A stretch of DNA of 64,000 nucleotides, from the NCBI GenBank assembly GCA_002418625.1, contig DIEM01000059.1:13451-77450 (forward strand), given 5' to 3'. The DNA is from Firmicutes bacterium UBA5774. GTDB lineage: Bacteria; Bacillota; Clostridia; Peptostreptococcales; Anaerovoracaceae. Both the position numbers and the translations under genes were made by a program. Positions 44,801 to 54,393 of the stretch are shown one piece after another (position 1 is the stretch's first letter; the number at the start of each line of letters is the position of its first letter). Below the pieces are notes generated by a model. It searched no databases. It was given only the letters and a program-made list of their open reading frames with translations, and was not told the origin of the DNA.

Positions 44801-45913
44801 TCAGCTGGCTGTGATCCTTACCGGAAGGATCAGATATTCAAAATGATCTCCTTCGACAGGTCTGATCAGGCAGGGGCTGACACTGGAATTGAATTCCATT
44901 TTTATTTCTTCGTCAGATACCGCTTTCAATACGTCAAGCAGATATTTCGAATTGAATCCTATATCGAGATCCTCCCCTGTTTTTTCTACAGATACATCTT
45001 CCTTGACATTTCCTTCTTCCGATCTTGAGGTTATCCTCATTTCATTTTCATTGATGCTTATTTTTATAAGATTATTCTTTCCTTCTTTTGCGAGAAGCGA
45101 GGCTCTCTCTATGCTTTCAAGAAAATCGGTTCGGGGAACGTGTATTTTTGTCTTATGCTCTTTGGGGATGATATCCTTATATTTAATAAATTCACCTTCC
45201 AGGAGACGTAATACGATTTTCGTGTCTTCAAGGTTTATTATGGCTTTCTTTTCATCCAGAATTAATGATATTTCCTTTTCCTTATCCTCATCGACCAATA
45301 TTTTTTGTATTTCGTTCAGTATCCTTGCCGAAATGATTATTTTTCGCCTCTCGGCATTTTTCATATATTCTTTAGTCACAGCCATTCTGAAGCCGTCAAG
45401 AGCCACCATATTCAGAGACTCTTTATCCATCTCGATCAGAACGCCGACTATGACACCTTTCGCTTCATCTATGCTGGCTGAAAAAGAGGTCTTTTTTATC
45501 ATTTCCTTGAATAATTCTTTATCAATGCTCACAGCGTCATTGTGACGAATTTCTCCAATATTCGGAAATTCCTCCGCCGGCTGCCCTATTATGACGAATT
45601 CAGAGGAATGGCATTTTATTCTGACATTGTTATTTTCAAATAATTCGATTTCAATATCCTCATTTGGAAGCTTTCGGATGATATCTGTAAATAGTCTGGA
45701 TGAAACCACTATAGAGCCTTCTTCGAATACAGAAGCGCTGATTTTCTTTTCGATGCTTAAATCAAGGTCTGATGCGGCCAGCTTTAAAATATTGTCTGAA
45801 GAAGCTTCTAATAAAATCCCTTTCAAAATAGGAATCGTCGTTCTTGTAGTGACAGCTTTGCAGACAGTATTGAGGGCCTTGGATAGCAGATGCTGCTGGC
45901 AGATGAATTTCAT
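44801..45913 (-). CDS. dnaN: DNA polymerase III beta sliding clamp
   Basis: 370 aa. MKFICQQHLLSKALNTVCKAVTTRTTIPILKGILLEA... Three-domain length. Synteny is dnaA-dnaN-recF. Confidence 0.96.
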   Translation of the reverse strand: MKFICQQHLLSKALNTVCKAVTTRTTIPILKGILLEASSDNILKLAASDLDLSIEKKISASVFEEGSIVVSSRLFTDIIRKLPNEDIEIELFENNNVRIKCHSSEFVIIGQPAEEFPNIGEIRHNDAVSIDKELFKEMIKKTSFSASIDEAKGVIVGVLIEMDKESLNMVALDGFRMAVTKEYMKNAERRKIIISARILNEIQKILVDEDKEKEISLILDEKKAIINLEDTKIVLRLLEGEFIKYKDIIPKEHKTKIHVPRTDFLESIERASLLAKEGKNNLIKISINENEMRITSRSEEGNVKEDVSVEKTGEDLDIGFNSKYLLDVLKAVSDEEIKMEFNSSVSPCLIRPVEGDHFEYLILPVRITAS

Positions 45914-45920
45914 GGCACTT

Positions 45921-46084
45921 CCTCCTTTTTATATAAGTATAAACTTAGTAATAATAGTAATAGGGCCTGTGGATTTGTGTATAACTTCTGTGGATAAAGG
46001 AAAAACAAGCACAGCAGGATATTTTTTATGTCAAAACAGGTGTGAATAACTTGTTTAAGTTACCAAGAGGCCTGTGTATAAACT
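45921..46084 (-). other. oriC, dnaA-dnaN part: AT-rich tract, DnaA-trios, GC cluster and DnaA boxes (unwinding module)
   Basis: On the plus strand:
- AT-rich tract at 45925..45945.
- TAG TAA TAA TAG TAA TAG at 45946..45963, which is 3'-GAT/AAT-5' trios on the complementary strand.
- GGCC at 45964..45967.
- DnaA boxes: TGTGGATTT 45968..45976, TGTGTATAA 45976..45984, perfect TGTGGATAA 45989..45997, TGTGAATAA 46041..46049 and TGTGTATAA 46073..46081. Confidence 0.75.
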
Positions 46085-47419
46085 TTAATCACTTTGAATA
46101 TCTGTCGTCAGTGCATTTATGATCTCTTTTAAATTATTATTAGAGACCATTTCCGAAGAAATTTTTTCACAGGCATGGAGGACAGTCGTATGATCCCTGT
46201 TTCCAAAAGACTCCCCTATCTTTGGAAGAGACATATCTGTCATATCACGGCACATATACATGGCGATCTGCCTGGGGTATGAAAGGTTTCTGGAACGTTT
46301 TGCGGATTCCATATCTGAAAGCTTAATGTTAAAATGCTTGCAGACACAGTCCTTGATCAGTTTAGGAGTCACTTTTTTATTGCTGGCTGAAAAAATATCC
46401 TTCAGGACATCCTTCGCAAGATCCTTGTTGATCTTTTGATTTGTCAGGTTGGCATAGGCAATGACCCGGATCAGGGCCCCTTCCAGTTCGCGGATATTGG
46501 ATTGTATCTTTTCGGCGACGAATTCAATGATTTCCATAAGATTATCATTTACTTCGACATCTTCAAGCTCAGCTTTTTTTATCAAAATTGCGACTCTTGT
46601 TTCATAATCAGGAGGCTGGATATCTGCGGTGAGGCCCCATTCAAATCTGGAGCGGAGGCGCTCTTCGAGCGTTATAAGCTCTTTGGGAGGTCTGTCGCTG
46701 GACACGATGATTTGTTTATTGGCTTCATAAAGCGTATTGAAAGTATGGAAAATCTCTTCCTGTGTACGCTCTTTTTTTTCAATAAATTGAATATCGTCTA
46801 TCAAAAGAACGTCTATATGACGATATTTGTTTCTGAATTCAACATTCTTGTCTTCGCGGATAGCTTTTATGAGCTCATTGGTAAACATTTCGGAAGAAAC
46901 ATAAAGGACTTTGAGCTTCGGGTTCTGTTGTATGATGAAATGTCCGATAGCATGCATCAGATGGGTTTTTCCAAGGCCGGCGCCGCCATAGATAAACAGA
47001 GGATTGTAAGCCTTGGCGGGCGCCTCGGCGACAGCCAGCGAGGCAGCGTGCGCAAAGCGGTTGTTGTTGCCGACAACGAAGGAATTGAAAATATATTTCG
47101 GATTCAGGTAGAGTTCATCGGTAAAAGGCTTTTTAACTGGATCCCTGGGTTCGGAGCGAATAGCGTCATCAGTCTCTACGAAAACGACACGCAAAGGGGT
47201 ACCAAAAGCCTGCTTCACTGAATTTTCAACAATTGAAGCATATCTGGTTTCCAGTATGGATCTTGAGAAATCATTGTAGACCTGCAAATAAAGGCGTCCC
47301 TTCTCCTCATCCAGGGAGATGGGTTTTAAGGGAGCCATCCATGTATCATAACTTACCGGAGTAAGCTCCGGCCGTAAATAATCCAATGTTTTTTTCCAAT
47401 TTTCTGTGAGAGTGTTCAT
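46085..47419 (-). CDS. dnaA: Chromosomal replication initiator protein DnaA
   Basis: 444 aa. Walker A GGAGLGKTHLMHAIG, LLIDDIQF, C-terminal DNA-binding HTTVLHACEKI. Confidence 0.97.
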   Translation of the reverse strand: MNTLTENWKKTLDYLRPELTPVSYDTWMAPLKPISLDEEKGRLYLQVYNDFSRSILETRYASIVENSVKQAFGTPLRVVFVETDDAIRSEPRDPVKKPFTDELYLNPKYIFNSFVVGNNNRFAHAASLAVAEAPAKAYNPLFIYGGAGLGKTHLMHAIGHFIIQQNPKLKVLYVSSEMFTNELIKAIREDKNVEFRNKYRHIDVLLIDDIQFIEKKERTQEEIFHTFNTLYEANKQIIVSSDRPPKELITLEERLRSRFEWGLTADIQPPDYETRVAILIKKAELEDVEVNDNLMEIIEFVAEKIQSNIRELEGALIRVIAYANLTNQKINKDLAKDVLKDIFSASNKKVTPKLIKDCVCKHFNIKLSDMESAKRSRNLSYPRQIAMYMCRDMTDMSLPKIGESFGNRDHTTVLHACEKISSEMVSNNNLKEIINALTTDIQSD

Positions 47420-47718
47420 GCTTTAGTGACCTCGTCTGCCTTCTGCGTAAATATAATTTATCAGTGGATACATAATAACAAAAATACTTATCCACAGGCA
47501 AGCCTATTCGTGAAAAATTGGCAAATTAATTTCCTGGCACTTATTAACAGCATGTGTATAATTTTTATCAAAGTTATAAACAGCCAGAATGTAACAGTTT
47601 GGAGATTATTTAAGTATAAAATTGTTGACATCAAAAACCTTTAAATGTATAATAACAAAGCGGTATACCGGAAAGATTTCCTTAAGATATACACAGTTTA
47701 ATTGGAGGAGGTGTCAAA
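47420..47718. other. oriC, upstream-of-dnaA DnaA-box cluster (shared dnaA/rpmH control region)
   Basis: AT-rich region. Perfect TTATCCACA at 47488..47496. TGTGTATAA at 47553..47561. Weaker boxes AGTGGATAC 47463..47471, TTATAAACA 47574..47582 and ATATACACA 47687..47695. Confidence 0.6.
47625..47653 (+). promoter_or_regulatory. Consensus sigma-A promoter of rpmH
   Basis: TTGACA (47625..47630), N17, TATAAT (47648..47653). Confidence 0.65.
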
Positions 47719-47853
47719 GTGAAACAGACGTTGCAGCCGAAAGTAAGGCAGAGAAGCAAGGAGCATGGCTTCAGAAAAAGAATGAGTACAAAAAACGGTA
47801 GAAATGTTTTGAAAAGAAGAAGAACAAGAGGGCGAAAAAAATTAACAGCATAG
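47719..47853 (+). CDS. rpmH: 50S ribosomal protein L34
   Basis: Below the ORF-track size cutoff. GTG start after GGAGGAGG. Translation is [44 protein letters not shown] (44 aa). Confidence 0.93.
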   Translation: MKQTLQPKVRQRSKEHGFRKRMSTKNGRNVLKRRRTRGRKKLTA

Positions 47854-47879
47854 AGACCGCTACACGTGGTCTTTTTTTT
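47854..47879 (+). terminator. Weak hairpin plus T-run after rpmH (terminator or attenuator before rnpA)
   Basis: AGACCGC-tacac-GTGGTCT (7 bp, including one G-U pair) followed by an 8-nt T-run. Confidence 0.5.
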
Positions 47880-47893
47880 AAGAAGGAAAAGGC

Positions 47894-48256
47894 ATGCTAA
47901 AACCAGACGTTTTAAGGAGAAAGAAGGATTTTTCCTCTATATACAATAAAGGAAAGTCCGTCGGCGAAAGATATGTCGTTGTTTTTTTCCGTAAAAACGG
48001 GTTGGCCTACAACAGAACGGCTTTCCTTGCAAGTAAAAAAGTAGGAAAAAGCGTGATAAGAAACAGGGCGCGCCGGCTTATGAAAGAGAGCTACAGGGAA
48101 GTCGGAGAGAGGATCGATATAGGATACGATCTTATTTTCATTGCTCGAAACAGCATCCTGAATGTAAAGTGCGGCGATGTGCGCAGATCGATGGAAAGCG
48201 CTTTAAAAAGAGCAAAAGTGCTTAAGGATGACAAGAGAGCGCAAACGCAAAGTTGA
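47894..48256 (+). CDS. rnpA: Ribonuclease P protein component
   Basis: 120-aa basic protein with the RNR motif region SVIRNRARRLMKESYR. Follows rpmH. Confidence 0.9.
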   Translation: MLKPDVLRRKKDFSSIYNKGKSVGERYVVVFFRKNGLAYNRTAFLASKKVGKSVIRNRARRLMKESYREVGERIDIGYDLIFIARNSILNVKCGDVRRSMESALKRAKVLKDDKRAQTQS

Positions 48257-48265
48257 ATAGGGTGA

Positions 48266-48481
48266 GTGACCTTGAAAACCATTATAGTACTTTTGATAAA
48301 GGGATATCAAAAGATCATTTCGCCAATAATGCCCGGGAAATGCCGGTTTTACCCTTCCTGCTCCACTTATACGCTGCAGGCCGTGGAAAAGTACGGGGTA
48401 ATCAAGGGTCTGTATCTAGGAACCAAAAGGATATTGAAATGCCATCCTTTTCATCCGGGAGGATATGATCCCTTAAAATGA
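48266..48481 (+). CDS. yidD: Membrane protein insertion efficiency factor YidD
   Basis: 71 aa. GTG start. [31 protein letters not shown]. Confidence 0.9.
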   Translation: MTLKTIIVLLIKGYQKIISPIMPGKCRFYPSCSTYTLQAVEKYGVIKGLYLGTKRILKCHPFHPGGYDPLK

Positions 48482-48505
48482 AATTGAAATTTCAGGAGGA
48501 CATAG

Positions 48506-49186
48506 ATGACAGGAATAATAGCAGAACCCCTGGGACAGCTGCTGTATGCCCTATATAACTTTATAGGGAATTACGGGATAACGCTGATCGTATTTACAAT
48601 AATTGTTCGAGCGTTTCTTTTCCCATTATATGCGGACCAGATCAAGCATTCTTCCAAGCTTCAGGATGTCCAGCCCAAGATAAAGGACATCCAGACCAGA
48701 TATGCCAATGATAAAGAAACCATGAATGCCAAAATGATGGAACTGTATAAAGAAGAAAAGGTCAATCCGGCACGCGGATGCCTGCCTTTGCTTATCCAGA
48801 TGCCGATCATTATTGGTCTTTTTGCATTGCTTCGCAATCCGGTCGCCTACATCGACAATACAACGATGCTGATGGCGATCCACGAGAGCTTTCTCTGGAT
48901 AGCGGATCTTAGCCAGCCTGACCTCTGGGTCCTTCCGATCCTGGCGGGCGTAACGACGTATATTTCTTTTTCTCAGACTCAGACAAGCCCTGAAATGCAG
49001 TCAAACCCAACAATGGTCATGATGAAGTACGTATTTCCGATCATGATCGTCTGGTGGGGAAGATCGTTCCCGGCCGGATTGACGCTCTACTGGTTCTTCG
49101 GTACATTCATACAGATTTTCCAGACAAAGGGCCTGAATATGTGGAAAGAAAAAAGACGCAGAAAAATGAGTGAAAGTATTGATTAG
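48506..49186 (+). CDS. yidC: Membrane protein insertase YidC/OxaA (short Firmicute form)
   Basis: 226-aa polytopic protein. MELYKEEKVNPARGCLPLLIQMPIIIGLF is the conserved YidC core. Confidence 0.9.
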   Translation: MTGIIAEPLGQLLYALYNFIGNYGITLIVFTIIVRAFLFPLYADQIKHSSKLQDVQPKIKDIQTRYANDKETMNAKMMELYKEEKVNPARGCLPLLIQMPIIIGLFALLRNPVAYIDNTTMLMAIHESFLWIADLSQPDLWVLPILAGVTTYISFSQTQTSPEMQSNPTMVMMKYVFPIMIVWWGRSFPAGLTLYWFFGTFIQIFQTKGLNMWKEKRRRKMSESID

Positions 49187-49210
49187 CTTCGTCAAGGAGG
49201 ATTATATACA

Positions 49211-50128
49211 ATGGAGTATTCGGAAAAATGGGGAAAAAATATCGATGATGCGACAAGATTAGCCCTGGCGGATCTTGATTGCTCGATCGATGAAGTTGAA
49301 GTCATTATTCTCGAAGCCCCATCAAAGGGTTTCCTGGGAATCGGCGCAAAAATGGCGAAGGTAAGAGTCGAAAAGAAAAAGCCGCCAACGCCGGAACAAC
49401 TGCGGGCAAAGGCTAGAGCCGAGGAAGAAGAACGAAGGCAGAAAGCAAGGATCGAAGCGGAGGCGAAGAAGGAAACCGAAAAGGCGCGGGAAGACCTTCA
49501 AAAGGATAAAGAAAAAACTGAGCTGAAGCAGGTTGAAAGATCCGAGCAGAAGCAATTTGAAAAAAGACCGGATAGAAGGATTCCGTCTGACCGGCCTGCG
49601 GGAAGGCCAAGAAGAGAAGAAAGATATGCCGACAGGCCGAGAAGAGAAGAGAAAAAGCCTGTTGATATAGCGAGCCTGACTGAAGTCTTTGGAAGTCCGG
49701 CGGAGATATTCTTAAAGGATATCACGCAAAAGATGGGTCTTGAACTCAATATCCGCGCTTTTGAAGGCGAAGACAATGTGTATGTGAATATAGACGGCAA
49801 GGATTCCGGAACGATCATCGGGAAAAGAGGCCAGACCCTTGACGCTGTTCAATATCTCACGAGCCTCGTTGTAAACAAAGACAAGGAGAAACACGCCAAA
49901 GTCGTTGTCAATGCCGAGAATTACAGAGAAAAAAGGGAAAAGACCCTCGAACAGCTGGCAAAAAGGCTTGCCGACAAGGTATACAAAACCGGCAAGAGCG
50001 TCAGGCTTGAGCCTATGAATCCTTATGAAAGAAAAGTTATTCACGCGACGCTTCAGAACAACAGCCATGTTACGACCAGAAGCGAAGGGGAAGAACCATA
50101 TAGAAGAGTTATTATTGAGCTTAAATAG
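49211..50128 (+). CDS. jag: RNA-binding protein Jag/KhpB (Jag_N, KH, R3H)
   Basis: 305 aa. Lys/Glu/Arg-rich linker. C-terminal R3H region LEPMNPYERKVIHATLQN. Confidence 0.88.
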   Translation: MEYSEKWGKNIDDATRLALADLDCSIDEVEVIILEAPSKGFLGIGAKMAKVRVEKKKPPTPEQLRAKARAEEEERRQKARIEAEAKKETEKAREDLQKDKEKTELKQVERSEQKQFEKRPDRRIPSDRPAGRPRREERYADRPRREEKKPVDIASLTEVFGSPAEIFLKDITQKMGLELNIRAFEGEDNVYVNIDGKDSGTIIGKRGQTLDAVQYLTSLVVNKDKEKHAKVVVNAENYREKREKTLEQLAKRLADKVYKTGKSVRLEPMNPYERKVIHATLQNNSHVTTRSEGEEPYRRVIIELK

Positions 50129-50147
50129 TGGAAGATCCCGAGACAAT

Positions 50148-50184
50148 AAATGACCTGTGGAAGCTCACAGGTCATTTGGTTTTC
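50148..50184 (+). terminator. Hairpin after jag
   Basis: Perfect 12-bp stem AAATGACCTGTG / CACAGGTCATTT with a 6-nt loop, followed by GGTTTTC. Confidence 0.55.
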
Positions 50185-50204
50185 AAGGGCAGGGGGATGA
50201 TGAT

Positions 50205-51602
50205 ATGGATGATACGATCGCTGCGGTCGCAACCGCGCCTGGAGAAGGCGGGATCGGGATCATAAGGATCAGCGGAGAAAAAGCCGCCGATATCCTTGGC
50301 TGCATTTTTGTCCACCGGGAGCAGGGGACGCCGCCGATGGACCGGCAAGCCTTCGAATTTAAGAGCAGATGCCTGTATTACGGCAATATTGTCGACGCCG
50401 CCACTTCGGAAGTGATCGATGAAGTTCTGGCGGTCTATATGAAGGCGCCAGCAACATATACAAAAGAGGATGTCGTTGAAATCAACTGCCATGGAAGCAT
50501 GATCTCGTTGCGGAAAACGCTGGAGCTGATATTAAGGCATGGCGCGAGACTCGCGGATAGAGGCGAATTCACCAAGAGGGCATTTCTCAACGGCAGAATC
50601 GATCTTTCCCAGGCGGAAGCGGTCATGGACATGATCAGCGCCAGGACAGACACCGGGTTCGAAGCGGCCGTGACGCAAATGGAAGGAAAGCTTTCTCAAA
50701 GCATCAAATCGATCAGAGATGAAATCCTTCAGCTTCTCGCACATGTGATCGTCAATCTGGATTACCCGGATGCCGATATAGAAGAAATCACCTATGCACA
50801 GCTTGAGAAAGCATTGGCGGAAATTCGCCTTGGCATAGCGCGTCTGGCAGAGACGGCCGCAACCGGAAAAATTATCAGAGAAGGTCTCAATACTGTCATT
50901 ATCGGGAAACCAAATGTTGGCAAATCCTCACTTATGAATGCGCTCGTCCGGGAGTCCAGGGCCATTGTGACCGAAATTCCAGGCACGACGCGGGATACGA
51001 TCGAGGAGATCATCAATATCAATGATATACCGATCAAGCTGATTGATACGGCCGGGATACGCCAGACAGAGGATCTCATTGAAAGGATAGGCATTGAAAA
51101 GAGCAAGCAATCCTTCAATAAAGCCGATCTGGTGATTCTGATCCTGAACGCGGCAGAGGATCTTACAGAAGAGGACATTCATATTATCGGGCATATCAAG
51201 GCGGCAAAAACGATCGTGCTTCTGAACAAGACAGATCTTGGTCAATTTCTGTCCGAAGAGCATGTGAAGGGATTGCTTCCGGATGCGTCGGTGATACAGA
51301 CAGCCATACCGGAGGGTAAGGGCATCGAGGCGCTGGAAAAAGAGATCTCGGAGTTTGTGTACGGAGGCAGGGTAAAACAGCGGCAAAGCGTCATGATCAC
51401 AAATGTCAGGCATAAGGAGCTGCTCGAGCAGGCAAGATCGTCAATAGACGATGCGTTAGCGATGTGCCGATCCGGCGAGGCGCTGGATTTCATAGAAGTC
51501 GATATAAAGCGAGCCTGGGAGCTTCTAGGTGAAATTGTTGGAGATACGGTCTCTGAAGATATCATCGACGAAGTGTTTTCGAGGTTTTGTCTTGGAAAAT
51601 AG
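50205..51602 (+). CDS. mnmE: tRNA modification GTPase MnmE
   Basis: Start moved to ATG 50205 (MDDTIAAVATAPGEGGIGIIRISG). G1 GKPNVGKSSLMNAL. C-terminal CLGK. Confidence 0.95.
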   Translation: MDDTIAAVATAPGEGGIGIIRISGEKAADILGCIFVHREQGTPPMDRQAFEFKSRCLYYGNIVDAATSEVIDEVLAVYMKAPATYTKEDVVEINCHGSMISLRKTLELILRHGARLADRGEFTKRAFLNGRIDLSQAEAVMDMISARTDTGFEAAVTQMEGKLSQSIKSIRDEILQLLAHVIVNLDYPDADIEEITYAQLEKALAEIRLGIARLAETAATGKIIREGLNTVIIGKPNVGKSSLMNALVRESRAIVTEIPGTTRDTIEEIININDIPIKLIDTAGIRQTEDLIERIGIEKSKQSFNKADLVILILNAAEDLTEEDIHIIGHIKAAKTIVLLNKTDLGQFLSEEHVKGLLPDASVIQTAIPEGKGIEALEKEISEFVYGGRVKQRQSVMITNVRHKELLEQARSSIDDALAMCRSGEALDFIEVDIKRAWELLGEIVGDTVSEDIIDEVFSRFCLGK

Positions 51603-51614
51603 CAGGGAAACAAC

Positions 51615-53492
51615 ATGAAACATTTTATTATGGATACATACGATGTCGTTGTTGTCGGAGCGGGCCACGCCGGGTGCGAGGCGGCGCTTGCTGCAGCGAG
51701 AATGGGCATGCGGACGCTGATCTTGTCGATCAATCTTGAAGCGATCGCCATGATGGCGTGCAACCCTTCTATTGGCGGTACGGGAAAAGGGCATCTTGTG
51801 AGGGAGATCGATGCGCTTGGCGGAGAAATGGGAATCAATATCGACAAGACGTTTATTCAAAGCAAGATGCTGAATACGTCCAAAGGCCCGGCGGTGCACT
51901 CGCTTCGGGCGCAGGCGGACAAGAACCGATACCATTCAGAAATGAAAAGGACGCTTGAGCGGCAGGAGAATCTTGACGTCAAGCAGGGAGAAGCTGTTGA
52001 GCTCATGGCCGGCAACGGCACTGTCACCGGAGTCATACTGAAGACAGGTGCAGCATATCTGGCGAAAGCAGTCATCATAGCGACCGGGACATTTTTGCGC
52101 GGAAAGATCTTTATAGGCGAATGGTCCTTCGAAAGCGGTCCGAACGGGTTGTCACCGGCGGTCGAATTGTCATCCAGCCTTGAGGCGAATGGATTGAAGC
52201 TCAGGCGTTTCAAAACAGGAACGCCTGCAAGAGTCGAGGGAAAATCGCTTGATTACTCAAAAATGATCGAGCAGCCGGGCGATGAGAAAATAGTGCCGTT
52301 TTCATTCATGAACGATCATCTGGAATGCGATCAGGTGTCCTGCTGGCTTTCGTATACCAATGACAGGACACACGAGGTCATCAGCCAAAATTTTTCCAGA
52401 TCGGCGCTTTTCGGAGGCAAGATAGAAGGCGTAGGGCCCAGATACTGCCCCTCGATCGAGGATAAGCTCAAGAGATTCGCAGACAAGGAGCGCCATCAGT
52501 TATTTATAGAGCCGGAAGGCCTGGATACTGACGAGAAGTATGTGCAGGGGATGTCGTCCAGCTTGCCGGAGGATGTTCAAAAGGCTTTTTACGAAACGAT
52601 AGAAGGACTTGAGCATGTCAAGATCGTCAGGCCTGCATATGCGATCGAATACGACTGCATCGATCCGCTTGAACTTCAGATGACGCTGGAGCATAGGAAT
52701 ATCAAGGGATTATATTGTGCCGGGCAGTTCAACGGAAGCTCGGGCTATGAAGAAGCGGCGGCGCAAGGCTTGATCGCCGGCGTCAATGCCGCACTCCGCA
52801 TAAAAGGAAAGGAACCCTTTATACTGGACAGGTCGGAAGCATATATCGGCGTCCTGATCGATGATCTGATCACGAAGGGAACGAATGAGCCATATCGGAT
52901 CATGACATCAAGGGCGGAGTACAGGCTCATTCTGCGACAGGACAATGCAGCGTCCAGATTGACGGAGAAGGGCTACGGCATAGGACTTGTTTCAGAAGAG
53001 CGTTATCGGAAATACATGGGAACGAAGCAGGCGGTGGAAAAAGAGCTGGCAAGAATGGCGAATGTCACGGTGACGCCTGCCGGTTCAAGCGCGTTTATGG
53101 AAAAATATGGAAGCAGCCAGCTTCAAAACCGCATTTCGCTGGCAGAGCTGCTGAAGCGACCGGAAATCAGTTATGCCGTCCTGGCGGAGATCGACCCTGA
53201 AAGGCCGAGGCTGTCGGATCATGAAATTGCCCAGATAGAAGTACAGATCAAATACGAAGGATATATCGCAAAGCAGCTGCAGCAGGTTGAAAAATTTAAA
53301 AAGCTCGAAAACAAAAGGCTTAGCGCGGATTTTGATTATTCGGCTATTGGCGGGCTTCGCATTGAAGCGATGCAGAAGCTGAATCGTTTCAAACCCGTAT
53401 CGGTCGGGCAGGCTTCAAGAATCTCCGGCGTATCTCCGGCTGATATCAACGTGCTGCTGGTTTTCCTGGAAAAGGAAAGGAGAAAGGGATGA
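51615..53492 (+). CDS. mnmG: tRNA uridine 5-carboxymethylaminomethyl modification enzyme MnmG
   Basis: 625 aa. FAD motif [20 protein letters not shown]. Confidence 0.96.
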   Translation: MKHFIMDTYDVVVVGAGHAGCEAALAAARMGMRTLILSINLEAIAMMACNPSIGGTGKGHLVREIDALGGEMGINIDKTFIQSKMLNTSKGPAVHSLRAQADKNRYHSEMKRTLERQENLDVKQGEAVELMAGNGTVTGVILKTGAAYLAKAVIIATGTFLRGKIFIGEWSFESGPNGLSPAVELSSSLEANGLKLRRFKTGTPARVEGKSLDYSKMIEQPGDEKIVPFSFMNDHLECDQVSCWLSYTNDRTHEVISQNFSRSALFGGKIEGVGPRYCPSIEDKLKRFADKERHQLFIEPEGLDTDEKYVQGMSSSLPEDVQKAFYETIEGLEHVKIVRPAYAIEYDCIDPLELQMTLEHRNIKGLYCAGQFNGSSGYEEAAAQGLIAGVNAALRIKGKEPFILDRSEAYIGVLIDDLITKGTNEPYRIMTSRAEYRLILRQDNAASRLTEKGYGIGLVSEERYRKYMGTKQAVEKELARMANVTVTPAGSSAFMEKYGSSQLQNRISLAELLKRPEISYAVLAEIDPERPRLSDHEIAQIEVQIKYEGYIAKQLQQVEKFKKLENKRLSADFDYSAIGGLRIEAMQKLNRFKPVSVGQASRISGVSPADINVLLVFLEKERRKG

Positions 53493-54208
53493 GAGATGTT
53501 CTGATGCCTTTGAAGGAAGCGATCGATGCCATGAAAATAGATTGCGATGAAGCAGCGCTTGGCAAGTTTGAAAGTTATATGAAAAATATTTTGTTATGGA
53601 ATGAAAAGGTCAATTTGACTGCTATCCGGGATGAAAAAGAATTCGTCATCAAACATTTTGTGGATTCCATAATGTGCGCGGACCATATAGGGAAAAATGG
53701 AGCAAAGACGATTGTAGATATCGGGACGGGTGCCGGATTTCCGGGGATCCCTTTGGCTATCCTGTTTCCTGAAAAGAAATTTACACTTGTTGACTCTACG
53801 AGCAAAAAAATCAACATAATAAAGAGCGTATCGGAGGAAATCGACCTTAACAATGTTTTTTTTATTCACGCCAGGGCGGAGGATCTCGGGAACGATAAAA
53901 AATACAGAGAACGCTTTGACTATTGCGTATCAAGAGCGGTGGCCTCCCTGTCAGTCCTATCGGAATTCTGTCTCCCGCTGGTCAGGATCGGAGGCCATTT
54001 TGCGGCATTCAAGGGCAGTGACATCGAAGGCGAGCTGGCGGAAGCCGAAAGAGCAATAAGGGTTCTGGGCGGCAAAGTCGATTTGATACAGCCGTTCCTC
54101 CTTGAGACGATGGATATCGGACACAAGCTGATTTATATCAAGAAGATGGAAAAGACACCTGAAAAATATCCAAGAAAGGCCGGAAAGCCTTTAAAAGAGC
54201 CGATTTAA
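53489..54208 (+). CDS. rsmG: 16S rRNA (guanine527-N7)-methyltransferase RsmG
   Basis: 239 aa. SAM motif [15 protein letters not shown]. 4-nt overlap with mnmG. Confidence 0.93.
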   Translation: MRDVLMPLKEAIDAMKIDCDEAALGKFESYMKNILLWNEKVNLTAIRDEKEFVIKHFVDSIMCADHIGKNGAKTIVDIGTGAGFPGIPLAILFPEKKFTLVDSTSKKINIIKSVSEEIDLNNVFFIHARAEDLGNDKKYRERFDYCVSRAVASLSVLSEFCLPLVRIGGHFAAFKGSDIEGELAEAERAIRVLGGKVDLIQPFLLETMDIGHKLIYIKKMEKTPEKYPRKAGKPLKEPI

Positions 54209-54240
54209 AGAAAGATGTTTCACGTGAAACATCTTTCTTT
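54207..54240 (+). terminator. Perfect 34-bp palindrome after rsmG (terminator-like hairpin containing parS)
   Basis: AAAGAAAGATGTTTCAC|GTGAAACATCTTTCTTT. It starts inside the rsmG stop codon. Confidence 0.6.
54216..54231. other. parS centromere-like site
   Basis: TGTTTCACGTGAAACA is a perfect 16-bp palindrome matching the Firmicute parS consensus TGTTNCACGTGAAACA. Confidence 0.85.
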
Positions 54241-54393
54241 TATATTATGGGATATTTCAGTAGAGAAAAAAAAACAAATAGGCTATAATATAAAAGTGAC
54301 GGCTCGATGCGTCGACCGGTCGAAGACTTAGGACGGCATAGGGCTTCATCGCATCGCAAGCAAGAGCAGCTAATATATTATCAGTGATAAGGG

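Noticed and set aside
47860-47872. CACGTG core in the rpmH terminator as a third parS.
   Set aside because: The flanks (gctaCACGTGgtct) do not match TGTTNCACGTGAAACA. It is simply part of the hairpin.
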